Assembly (NCBI GenBank): GCA_951406725.2
Contig: OX597831.1
Span: 52,638,001-52,702,000, forward strand
Direction: 5' to 3'
Source of the DNA: Octopus vulgaris
Lineage: Eukaryota
Length of the DNA: 64,000 nucleotides
Part shown: piece by piece, positions 13,800-28,132 of the stretch
Position numbering within the stretch: the first letter of the stretch is position 1
Layout: each line of letters begins with the position of its first letter
The notes under the pieces: generated by a model
Told to the model about the DNA's origin: nothing
Seen by the model: the letters and a program-made list of their open reading frames with translations, nothing else
Database searches by the model: none
Translations under genes and position numbers: made by a program

Positions 13800-14838
13800 A
13801 AGTGTGCATATATGTATGAATGTATGTAATTCTCATGCACAGATACAACCAATAAACACACAGAAACTACTACACATATAATACACTGCATGAAATAAAA
13901 ACACTAAAGTTATAAAAACAAATGTGTATATCATAAAAAAACTCATGAAACAAAACACAACATATTTCCTACCCAAACACAAAGTAAAGAATATATTGCA
14001 AAAATATCAGGATTAAAAACTCTCAATAGCATAAAACCAGAAACTAACAAACCAGAGATTGTACTTCAGACAACGAATGTAATGTACATATTTCAATGCA
14101 GATATGAATTTTCAAACCTTATGTCTTAATCTGTTATATTGGACAAACTAGCATGACACTTGCTCATCAGTTGACTATGCATTTACAGCAGATTTAAAAA
14201 CAGAAGACAAAATAAAACTAAATAGATAAAAAAAAACATCATCTTTCATCATTGGATTATGCCATTGTGGAGGACTACCTTGAAAGGTTTGGTCAAACAA
14301 ACTGACCCCAGTACTTTCTTTTTTTTTCCAAAATTGATGCTTTTATCTATCAGTTTCTTTAACCACACAGTTTACAGCTGCCAAATTCACTCACAAGGCA
14401 TTGGTCAGCTCACGGCTATGGTAGAAAACACTTGCCCAATGTGCTGAGCAGTGGGACTGAAACCAAAACTACAAGGCTGTGTTATAGTTTAACTTGACTT
14501 TCCCACTTTTGTAAGGAATTTTAAACAGATACATACATATACGCGTATATATATATATATATATCTTATTTTAAATATCAAGTCATTCCACCATAACATA
14601 AAACAGCTTAAGGGAAATAACTCACCTTAGATAATTCATAACAAATAAATAATGAGTTATGCTCACTATAATCTTGTTATAAAGCAGGTGCAGACAGAAT
14701 TTGAAATCACCATTTCAAAATCCATTTCTTGCAATTGTCAGGGGTTTATATTTGTTGTTTCCATCAGAAAATTATGTTGTATAAAACACTGAATCATGGA
14801 CAATTACAGTAAACTACAAAGCACAACCATTCGATAAG

Positions 14839-14912
<74 letters not shown>

Positions 14913-15088
14913 CATTTATATATTTGTTTTGAAAGATTCTTGATGTGAAATCGTGTGTTGAAGCAGATATTATTGTATTTAGGGCTGGTCATTTTGCCAG
15001 TTTAGCCAATAAAAACACACGCACTATATATTTGGTGTTAATTTGCTTCAGCTTTATTTATTTATTACATTAAACTTAATCTTATTTC

Positions 15089-15133
15089 GGCCAGAGTTCT
15101 TTCGTCACACTTCTGTGACCTCATCAGTGGTCC
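15089..15133 (-). ncRNA. Candidate type I minimal hammerhead ribozyme (Penelope pLTR-type)
   Basis: Minus strand reads GGACCA-CUGAUGA-G-GUCACA(GAAG)UGUGAC-GAAA-GAAC-UC|UGGCC. Core boxes, stem II and stem I are present, followed by AAUAAA-rich sequence. Confidence 0.65.
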
Positions 15134-15310
15134 TTTGCTCCACTGGCCCCTGTGCCAGTAGCTCATAAAAAGCACCCACTACACTCTTGGAATGGTTGGC
15201 ATTAGGAAGAGCATCCAGCTGTAGAAACACTGCCAGATTAGATGGAGACCTGCTGCGGCCTCCTTGCTTCCCAGACCCCAGTCAAACTGTCCAACCCATG
15301 CCAGCATATG

Positions 15311-15356
<46 letters not shown>

Positions 15357-15501
15357 ATATATATTATATATATTATATAATATATATTCTATATATATAT
15401 ATATATGTATATATATTATATATTATATATACACATAAACACACATATATATACATACATACACATATGTATATAACCACACACATATATATATATGTAT
15501 A

Positions 15502-15561
<60 letters not shown>

Positions 15562-15780
15562 TATTCAATCTCTATATATACACACATATATATATGTATG
15601 TATATATATATATATAAATTTCTATGTATATTTGTATATATGAACATATATTTTCGGGTATATATACATATATATGTATACACACACATATATATGCATG
15701 CATGTATACATATAAAGATAGATATAAATATATATACATTCACACACATTCACAGGGATATATACAGATATATATATAAT

Positions 15781-15888
<108 letters not shown>

Positions 15889-15915
15889 GTATATATATAT
15901 ATTTATTTATGTATG

Positions 15916-15952
<37 letters not shown>

Positions 15953-16033
15953 ATAAAAACGGTAAGATAGCAAAAGAAAGAAAGAGACCTCGATATTATG
16001 TAAATAGATGATTTTTCATACTGTTTTTCCGAT

Positions 16034-16105
16034 GGCCGGATAACTGAAGAGATGGTGCCGTGTATTTCCACCTCGGCATCCAAAACTCGGAGTTTTATCT
16101 TGGCT
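16034..16105 (+). ncRNA. Type I hammerhead ribozyme relic (G12>A) in a Penelope-type terminal repeat
   Basis: GGCCGGAUAA-CUGAAGA-G..GGUGCCG/CGGCAUC-C-[A]AAA-CU(CGG)AG-UU|UUAUCUUGGCU. All three stems pair, but GAAA reads AAAA at 16082. Confidence 0.7.
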
Positions 16106-16132
16106 GCCGAATAATTGTCACATACTATATTT

Positions 16133-16209
<77 letters not shown>

Positions 16210-16280
16210 ATGACAAATTCACCACCAGAAGCAAAAAAATGTATCATACACACACACACACACACACATGACACACACAT

Positions 16281-16318
<38 letters not shown>

Positions 16319-16527
16319 GCGCGTGCATTTATATAGATATATATGTACATAGAGATGTATATCTGTCTATAGAATGCCTACTAAGCTGTCATATTGGCAT
16401 CAATTTGGACACGTCCTCACAACTAACAGAAAATGCAATGCTAAAATTGCCATTATGGGATATTCCTGATGCTTTAGATCTTATAAAAAAATATTCACAA
16501 TCACTATTATTATTATTATTATTATTA

Positions 16528-16587
<60 letters not shown>

Positions 16588-16655
16588 TTATTATTATTAT
16601 TATTATTATATTTGTTTATGGTTTCCAGAATTATTTATATTTGCTTTTAATGTAA

Positions 16656-16677
16656 TTTCTTTTTTCTTCTTTTTCAG
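16656..16677 (+). promoter_or_regulatory. Strong 3' splice acceptor (exon would start at 16678)
   Basis: 20-nt uninterrupted pyrimidine tract TTTCTTTTTTCTTCTTTTTC followed by AG, with upstream TTTAAT/TGTAAT branch candidates and purine-rich exon-like sequence after it. Confidence 0.55.
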
Positions 16678-16737
16678 TTTTCAAGGAAACGGAGGAGAAA
16701 AAAGAGAGAAAGTAATGTTATAATATATAAATATATA

Positions 16738-16783
<46 letters not shown>

Positions 16784-17026
16784 ATACATATGTATAGATT
16801 TAAGTATGTATGCATGTATACAGCTGCCAAACTCCATTTGGAACTATCTTTGAAGATCTTGGTTCCTTGGTAAAGTCTTTTACTTGAGAGATAAAAAAAC
16901 TTGTGCGCTCATACATGCATATATACATATATACACATATTTACACACACACATATATATATATACATTTACATATGTATATTTATGTATGTGTATATAT
17001 GTATGTATATACATATACATACGTAA

Positions 17027-17060
<34 letters not shown>

Positions 17061-17159
17061 ATTGCAGGAGAATGAAACTAGATGATAGTAAAAATTCAAA
17101 CTACGGCAAGAAGAAACTAGCATACAAATGTTACTACAGCTACAGGAGTCATTGATTGT

Positions 17160-17242
<83 letters not shown>

Positions 17243-17964
17243 TATAGATACATATATATAGAGAGAGATACATATATAATACATACATATATATATGTAT
17301 ACATATATATATTGATATATATATATATGTATATATATATGTAAACATATATATACATATACATGCACATATGAATATTTGAATATATTTATGTATGTGC
17401 ATACATACTGTACATATTAATATATATATTGCATATATGTATGTATATATATATATATATATCATTAAAAGAGCACTGAAGGAAAGAACTGTGTGAGAGT
17501 TACACACAACCAACATATTTAATAATATTTAGTCAACAAGTTGTTGATGATTTGTGGAGAAAAGAAATGGAGAAGTAAAAAAAAAAATTTTTTGTAATTA
17601 AATAGAAAAAAAAACTTTGGAACAACACCAACAAGAACAACAACAAAAACAATGAGCAACATGAAGAATAACAAGAACACAAATATTGATATTAATGATA
17701 TAAATAATAATAATAATAATGATAACAATAAAAATAATAATCATCAGATTCCTTCCCATTTTCTCCCCCTCCCTCTATCTCTCTCTCTCATCTCTCTCTC
17801 TTTCCCTCTAACTATTACTCGTAATCTTTCACAGAAAGCACTTACATTCAAAGAATACACATATAAATGTATACCTACACACACACACTTACATACACAT
17901 AAATATACACAAGCAAAAACACATAAGAACATAGACATGAATTTGTGAGTAGACCAGCGTGTTC

Positions 17965-18026
<62 letters not shown>

Positions 18027-18045
18027 CGTGATAATGATAATGATG

Positions 18046-18107
<62 letters not shown>

Positions 18108-18320
18108 AATGATAATAATTATAATAATGTTTAATGATTGTGATAATAATAATGATAAATCTGTCCAAAAGTGATGACTGCAAAGAAAGATAAAAGAGGG
18201 AGGGGTGTGGTTAACAACGCAAAAAATATGAAAATGTGGGTGTGGGTATGTGTGAAACATATGTGGTTATACATACACACACATACAGATATATGTATGT
18301 GTGTGTGTATGTATATATAT

Positions 18321-18365
<45 letters not shown>

Positions 18366-18410
18366 CATACATACATGCACACATACACATTCACACATAT
18401 ATATATAAAA

Positions 18411-18455
<45 letters not shown>

Positions 18456-18668
18456 TACATAAATCTATACATACACACACGTATACATATATGCACACAC
18501 ATACACATATCTACATAGATACACGTATATTCATATATACAAATATATATTACATACATATATGTCTGTGTGTGTGTGCATGTGTGTGTTTGTGTGTGTG
18601 CACATTTGCAATATTTATGTGTGCATACACATGTGTGTGTATGCATATAAATATACATCTGAATGTTT

Positions 18669-18795
<127 letters not shown>

Positions 18796-19274
18796 TAGAT
18801 ATATGTGTTCATATGTATGTTTATGTGTGTGTGTAATCTCCTATACTCACACATAACTGTGCATGTGTATGTTTGTGTATATCTGACAAGGCCCCACCCC
18901 CACAAAAAAGCATACACACACACATGCACATACACATATGCACACACACACTCACATACATATATACATTGCCATACAAACACACGTTCATGCAGACATG
19001 CGCACATGCAAACAAGGTGGGAATTTCAGGATTGATAGAAGAGCAGTAACTGTGAATAACAGTACTTAGTGATGAACCCATATGTTCTGAGTTCAAATCC
19101 CACCGGTTTCAACTTTGCCTTTTAACCCTCCTGGGTCGATAGAAATATGCACCAGTTATGTTCTGGTGTCGATTCAGTGAATTTTTGCCCTCCCATATGA
19201 ATTTGTGGCCTTGGTGCCAATGTGAGATATCATTATCCTTACCATTATTAATGATTACAATTATCATTATTATT

Positions 19275-19323
<49 letters not shown>

Positions 19324-19942
19324 CCCTCATCATTATTAACTTATTTTTTAAATATTTTTGGCTTTATGTTTAATTAAGTAACTATTATAATTAATAATAT
19401 TATTATTACATTTGCTTAATTCTTATTAGCATTATCATCACAAAAAATGGGCTGTGGATGGCAGAATTGGTAGAGTGTTATTGAACAAAATGCCTTTAAA
19501 TTCTGAGTTCAAATCCTGCTAAGATCGGCTTTGTGTTTTTTCATCATTACAGGAGTTTTGATGAAATTTAGAACCAGTTAAATACTGGGCATTGATGTGA
19601 TTTGACTGATTCATCTTCTATATAAAAATTTCTGGCATGGTGCCTACGTAAGAAATTCTGATTATTATGATTAATACTATTATTATTATCATCAAAATAA
19701 TTCATGAATGCTTTGCAGTGTCTAGTATCAGCTCTTTTGGTTCTATGCTCAAATCCTATTGGAGTCAATTTTGCCTTTCATCTCTTCAAAGTCAATAAAA
19801 GGAATACCAGTAATATACACTGGTTTAAGCCATCGATTATAATCAATCTCCATAAACGCTGGCTTTATGCCAAGTTAAAATGTTTATGTTAATATTACTA
19901 TTAATATCAACATTATTATTATTATCATTATTATTATTATTA

Positions 19943-19994
<52 letters not shown>

Positions 19995-20103
19995 GTTTTT
20001 TTCCTCATCATCCTCACATCATCATCATCACTATCATCATCATCATTATTCTCATCATTGAATCATCATCACCATCAACATAGTCATCAACATCATCGTT
20101 ATA

Positions 20104-20135
<32 letters not shown>

Positions 20136-20335
20136 CATCATCATCATCATGATCATAATCATCATCATGAACATCATCATCATCATCATCATCACCATCA
20201 TTTTTAGGACAGTAGCCTGCCAGCATAATACAGTTTACAGTTTCTACAAAATTACTTTCTTCCCCTCCACTACATTTCCATCTAGTTTACACATGAAATG
20301 AATGCAACAGATTTTACATGTGCAATGTATGTATA

Positions 20336-20433
<98 letters not shown>

Positions 20434-20495
20434 TATATACATATATATATATGCATGTATGTATGTATGTATGTATGTATGTATGCATGTATACA

Positions 20496-20538
<43 letters not shown>

Positions 20539-20645
20539 TAGATAGATATGTATATATGCATGCATGTGCACAAACCCCAATTTTAGCAACTGCTGAAGAC
20601 TCGTCCATTTATACTCCATGACCATTTAAATCATGTAAAAACCTG

Positions 20646-20689
<44 letters not shown>

Positions 20690-20706
20690 CATTATCATTA
20701 TCATCA

Positions 20707-20746
<40 letters not shown>

Positions 20747-20885
20747 CATTATTATTTCTACTCAAATATATATGTATAAATATATATATATATATACATG
20801 TACATATATATATATATATATATCATTATGACATATTATATACAGCTATTATATATATACATACATATATATGTGTGTTTGTGTC

Positions 20886-20979
<94 letters not shown>

Positions 20980-21010
20980 AATTAATATTATTATTATCAT
21001 TAGCATTATA

Positions 21011-21051
<41 letters not shown>

Positions 21052-21173
21052 GATTATTGTTATGATTATTATTTATTATTATTATTATTATTTACACCAT
21101 CAGTATTGATGTTTATAACACACACATACACTCACCACACACTGAATTTCTTTTATAAAACTGTGTAATTCAT

Positions 21174-21279
21174 GTAAGTGTGAGGGGAATTTTAGTTTTT
21201 TTTTTTAAGGTTTTCTGCATAATTTTATTCATTGAGATTTTCTGGGGGTTTTGTGGGGTTATGTTTCTGTTTTTCTCAG
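21174..21279 (+). other. Candidate 106-nt GT-AG intron
   Basis: CAT|GTAAGT ... CTGTTTTTCTCAG|TT, with a G/T-rich interior contrasting with A/C-rich flanks. Confidence 0.45.
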
Positions 21280-22000
21280 TTTTGATATTGCTAGTATTAA
21301 CAATATCAACCTTTTCATTTGACATATCACAAATATAAATAACATTTGATACTTCAATATTTATATACATTCGACAACAACAATAACCGTAAAGAAATAT
21401 TTAAATATATATTAAAAAAAGAAACAGGAAACTAGAGCAAATACCCAACTAGTGACATCTCATTTTTATTAATATGATATCAAAAAAACAATTGATGCTG
21501 GACATTCGATAACAACAATAACAAAAAGAAACAAACACTACACTCACAACCCCAACTACAACAACAAAAGTTGAAAGCACAAAGAGATACAAACATTGGA
21601 TATTATGTGTAATAACAATATATCAAAGGTTGATATCATTATAATCAAAGATACAACATAGGAAGGGGAGTTCACTCATATTCAGTCTTTGAGAAGAAAA
21701 AAATGAATTATGGAGTTTTAAATAATACACATTTTTGTTTATGCATATGCATGTATGTGAATTTATACAAATGTATGTATGTCTGGTTGAATGTATCTTT
21801 ATATGTGTATATGTAATTGTGCATGTACTTGTGTGTGGTGTGCCATTTGTATGCATATGTCAGAATGACCGCAAAAAAAGTGAATAGTTATCAATACACA
21901 CCCATGCAAAACCCCTTCCATTTAATGCACATGTGTACTCAATTCCATACAATATACCAGCAAGCATACAACCCTAGATACATAAGTATGTGACTGCACA

Positions 22001-22106
<106 letters not shown>

Positions 22107-22173
22107 TATATGTATATGTCTATATGTATGTATATTCATTCATATATGCACATACACTCATGTATATATACAT

Positions 22174-22222
<49 letters not shown>

Positions 22223-22629
22223 GGTGTATGTATATATATATTCTTGTCCAGTATATACATGCATATATATATATATACATATTTATTTATTTATATAACA
22301 TATATGTTTTTTTTTATTCTTTGACACCATATACATGTTACGCTGAAAGCATGAGTAAAGCTTGGCAGATATGAGCACACATACTTTTACAAGTATCATC
22401 ATTCTTATTGTAATGTATGATGTGTAAGTGTACATGCATATGTGCACATGTACCTACACACACACATACATATACATACATAATACATATATGTATATAC
22501 ATTTATATATATATATACACACACATATATAACAATATATATATGTGCCTATATATATGCATATATATTTACATATATATTCTTATATATATATATATAT
22601 ATACATGAGTGTGTGTGTGTATGTGTATG

Positions 22630-22661
<32 letters not shown>

Positions 22662-22689
22662 ATCACATATATGGATATATATACATATA

Positions 22690-22726
<37 letters not shown>

Positions 22727-22949
22727 GCATCCATCCATACGTACATATAAATATATAAAAATGTATGTATATATACATACATAGATATATATATATGTAA
22801 ACACATATATAGAAACATATGTATGTATATATATATATATATATATTCTCATGCATGCACATACGGGCAGGAACACAGTTAAATTCACACACACAGTCAC
22901 ACACATATGCACACACCATACATACACACACACATTTATATATTATATT

Positions 22950-22980
<31 letters not shown>

Positions 22981-23158
22981 TCTGCTTATGGGCCAAAAAA
23001 TTCAACCACATGTTATCAAGAGTTTCTGAAGGATAATTTGGTTTCAAACAAAACCCAATTAAAATCAACATTCTCAAACATTAAAGCATCAAACAACTAT
23101 ATCAAACACATAATCTGAACATAAAGACAACATACACAAAAAAGTCACAAAAAAATAA

Positions 23159-23195
23159 GGAAGACACTAGAAAGTCATACATCTAGTGGTCTTCT
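23159..23195 (+). other. GUCAUAC-loop stem-loop, copy 1
   Basis: GGAAGAC-ACUAGA [AAGUCAUACA] UCUAGU-g-GUCUUCU: 13 bp with one bulge. Confidence 0.75.
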
Positions 23196-23516
23196 AAAAA
23201 AAAAAAAAATTTAATGAAATTTTAAAGAAAACATAGAAAAATCGACAAGAAGTCGTGCAGTGAATAAAGGCTGACATTTTTTTTTTGTCCTGGGGGTCGG
23301 GGGTTTCTATGTTAGCTTTTTGGCAAGCAAGATTCTACTCACAACCATTATTTTGTCATTTTTGTGCCCTAAACTCAAAACTCAAATTTCCAACTAAATC
23401 TTAAGCAAAAAACAAGATGCCAACATTTGTTTCTGTCTTGTAGGAGTTGAATAGAAAGAAAAAAAGAAAGAATTAACTTTCATTCAACTCATTCTCTCTC
23501 TTTCTTTCTCCCTCGC

Positions 23517-23568
<52 letters not shown>

Positions 23569-23598
23569 GTATATATATGTATGTATATATATATAATT

Positions 23599-23644
<46 letters not shown>

Positions 23645-23725
23645 AATATACATATGTATGTATATATATATTCATATATATAAATATGTACATACATGTG
23701 TGTGTGTGTGTGTGCATGTGTGTAC

Positions 23726-23767
<42 letters not shown>

Positions 23768-24445
23768 TCTCTATCTGCATACCTCATTCTCTCTCTCTCT
23801 CATTACCTTTCACACTCTCTCCCTCTCTTTCTAACTCTCTCCCTCTCTCTTTCTCTCTCTTTCTTTCTCTTACTCAAATTGACAAATTTTTTTTTTCATT
23901 TTAATTACCACAGCAGGAACAAACCAAATGAAAACAAGTGTGCGTGGTTACAAAAAGAGAGATAGAGATAATGAGAGAGAAAGAGAAAAAGAAAGAGATA
24001 GATAGAGATAGAAAGAGAGAAAAACAAAGAAAGAGCGATCTTACGGCTCCATTTTCTTTTTATTTTCTTCCAAAAGGTTTTTTTCTTTTTATGTCTTTTT
24101 TGTTGCAATGTTTGTTGTTGTTATGGTGGCAACAGCAATGGTAGATGTTTCATTTTTTTGTTTTTTATTTTTTAGGGACTTTTTTTTTTCAAAATTTTAA
24201 TTTCTTTCATTTGACATTTACAAAAACCATTTCTTTCACTATTACTGCTGCTGCTGCTGCCACCACAATCAGTAACAAGAGAATTTTGAAATGTTTTCAA
24301 AAGATTTTTTTTTTTCAAAATTCCAAATCATTAAATCTTGAATATTAAGATTATCATAATTATTATTAATTTATCACCATTATCATATTTAGCATAATTA
24401 CTACACCTATTCTTATTATTGATATTTGATATTATTATTATTACA

Positions 24446-24511
<66 letters not shown>

Positions 24512-24844
24512 TACTGTTTCTGCTATTTCTATTATTATAATTATCATCATCATTATCATCATCATCATCATCATCAACATCATAATCACCATCATCATCA
24601 TCACTATCATCACTATCTCCTTTATCTGTTATTATTAATGCCTTGCATATATTTGTTCCGTCTTTCTATCTTTACATTCTGAGTTCAAATCCTGCCATGG
24701 TCAACTTAGCCTTTCACCTCTCTGGGGTTGATAAAATAAAGCACCAGTCAAGTTACTGGGGTCAGAGATACTGACTAACCCTTCCCCTCAAAACTGATAG
24801 CCTTATGGCTAGATTTAGAATGACACTACCATTATTGTTATCGA

Positions 24845-24907
<63 letters not shown>

Positions 24908-25033
24908 TATTATTATATCCCAACTACTTCTACCAACCATTTTATACCAGAGCAACAATTTTTAGTCATATATATATGTATATATACATATGTATATGTA
25001 TGCACACATACACACACACACGCACATACATAG

Positions 25034-25123
<90 letters not shown>

Positions 25124-25196
25124 CATTTTGGAATTGGATCTTGAAATTACATATAAAGCTATGAATAATAGCATGCAAATATCGAGTTGACTTCAG

Positions 25197-25230
<34 letters not shown>

Positions 25231-25330
25231 TAATGTTAAATAATATATAGAATATGTTGTCACTGTGCTGATAACTGTTTTACGTAGAGGCCTAACACAC
25301 ATGCGAGATTTTTTAATGGATAATTTTTTA

Positions 25331-25389
25331 TATTTCATTATTTACATGTCAGTCTGTCATACAACTGACATATAAAAATTAGTGGAGTG
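25331..25389 (+). other. GUCAUAC-loop stem-loop, copy 2
   Basis: AUGUCAGU [CUGUCAUACA] ACUGACAU, extended by UUUA/UAAA and UAUUUCAUUA/UAGUGGAGUG (G-U rich). Confidence 0.75.
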
Positions 25390-25764
25390 CCAGCTACATC
25401 AAAAGATCATGCTAGTTGGACAATAATTATACAGACAATGTACACACTTTTAGGTGGATTTTACAGAGATGATGGTTTCTCTCTTTGAGGCTTTAGTTTC
25501 AGGTAGTAACATTTTAGGGTGGAGGTTCATCATTTTTTTTGTTTCTTTTCTTAATTCAACTGTTTGTGGTTTAGTTTATTTAGTTATTCATTTATATCTT
25601 TATATATACAAAATTTTGTTTAATGATATCAGTTTTTGTTGTTCCAAATGCCAAATTCTCTACACTATTTTGGTAGTCCGAATTAAACCATAAATTGAAG
25701 AAATAGTGAAGATGAATGCAAATGTTGGTAATTATGATAACAGTGATAGTAATAGTGGGGATGC

Positions 25765-25831
<67 letters not shown>

Positions 25832-26013
25832 GATGATGATGATGACAATGACGATGATGATGATGATAATAATAATCAGGAAAGTATTAGATAGCTGAAA
25901 AGAACGGATATCATGGTACAATAGGCTGCAGGTAACAAGCCTGCTACACATGTAAGACTCCAGGAACTCCATCAGAACCTGTGATAAAGAGAAATAATAA
26001 CAACAACAACAAC

Positions 26014-26047
<34 letters not shown>

Positions 26048-26065
26048 GTAAGGATGATGATGATG

Positions 26066-26135
<70 letters not shown>

Positions 26136-26540
26136 GGATGATGATGATAATGATAATAATAATGATAATAATAACAATATTGATGCAATAATGATGATGA
26201 TAATGAGGATAATGATGCCGATGGTGATGATAATTATGATAATGACGATGATGAAGAGGATGACAATGATGATGATGATGAGATATTGATGATAAATAAG
26301 ATGAAATAACAGCTGTAAAGCAATGTTATCAGAGAATGATGCATTTTGTGAATTATACATACATTCATAATCTATATATATATGTATATATATATATATA
26401 TATATTATCATAAAAGTACATATATATGTTCATATGCTAACATCTATATACATAAAATATGCATGCTTATGTATAAACATAAATGTAAATATACGTATAT
26501 ATATAATATATATACACACATATATACATATATATATATA

Positions 26541-26575
<35 letters not shown>

Positions 26576-26915
26576 AATATATATATATATACACATATAC
26601 ATACATTTATATATATACATGTGTGTGTGTGAAATATTTCTTGAAATTACTTAAGAATATTATTACTATTACCATCATTATTATTATTATAATAATTATT
26701 ATTATCATTATTGTCTTTTGATTATCGTTATAAATATTAGAGTCATATTCGATAAATATCTAAGGTGAGTTTATTGTTGAATAATTTATCTTTCTTCTTT
26801 ATAATAGTTAATTTTCACTTAATCCATATTTTTCATTGTACATGCATACATAAAAACATATGTATACATAGATATACACACACACACACACACTTTTGTA
26901 TATGCAAACATATGC

Positions 26916-26968
<53 letters not shown>

Positions 26969-27058
26969 TCAAACATTACATTTGTATATATACATACTTA
27001 TATATAAACATACACATGTGTATCCATATATAAATACACATACATGTGTGTGCATGTA

Positions 27059-27102
<44 letters not shown>

Positions 27103-27750
27103 TGTATGTATATGTGTGTGTGTGTATCATGAGACATGTAAAATCATGATTTTCAAACACACTTATAATTGTATATACATAATCCTGTATGCGTAAATCT
27201 GATGAAATTTGAGAGATTGTCATCTCATTAATGAGGTAAAGTAGACGAAATAAGAAAGAAAAAGAAAAACGAAATGAAGAAAGAAAGAAAGAAAAAGAAA
27301 GTATGAAAGAAGACAAAAGAAGGAAAGAACAAAGGAAACCAAAAGGAAGCAATGATGACTTTGAAGAAAACGATGACAATGTGAATCCATCCGTAGAAAA
27401 GACCAATGGCCTTCGTGTCATTTAAGCCACAGAAGAGTCTATTGGTATGGGGGACGGGGTAAATTGTATAATTTGAAGGGAAGGAGCTTTGGGGAGAAGG
27501 GATTTGTGTGTCTTGGAAGTTTGAAGGCTTCTGTTGTGATGAAAGTTAGCTTGGTTTGGGATTGTTTGGGGTTTCATATTTTTGCTTATTGTTCTCTATT
27601 TTTAGCTGTTCAAGGCTACGTGGTTTGATGGAACTGAGGTTTAAGTTGAGTGTGAAAATATTCTGAGTATGTTTACAGACCTTGATACAATGTGAAACTA
27701 ATACTTTTTTCACATTCACTTTGAAAATGATAAAAACCAAATTTCAGTAT

Positions 27751-27910
<160 letters not shown>

Positions 27911-28047
27911 TACCAGCTTCTCTGGTGAGTGCTATCTTAAGTTATCACTTAATTTGTATGTGAAACTGATATATATATATATATATATATATACATACAT
28001 ACTTCACTATTTTATTTAAATAACATGCCATCTCTTCATAAGACCAA

Positions 28048-28073
28048 GTGTCAGTCTGTCATACAACTGTCAC
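28048..28073 (+). other. GUCAUAC-loop stem-loop, copy 3
   Basis: GUG-u-CAGU [CUGUCAUACA] ACUG-u-CAC. It shares 21 identical nt with copy 2. Confidence 0.7.
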
Positions 28074-28078
28074 AAGAT

Positions 28079-28095
28079 AAATTATTATTATTATG

Positions 28096-28132
<37 letters not shown>

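Noticed and set aside
16678-16723. Short peptide after the acceptor (FKETEEKKERK* or FQGNGGEKREKVML*)
   Set aside because: It could be a protein C-terminus, but I cannot recognise it or find upstream coding exons, so it was not called as CDS.
21282-21309. Hairpin loop TAGTATTAA, resembling a CRESS-virus origin nonamer
   Set aside because: It mismatches at the terminal C and there is no Rep ORF nearby.
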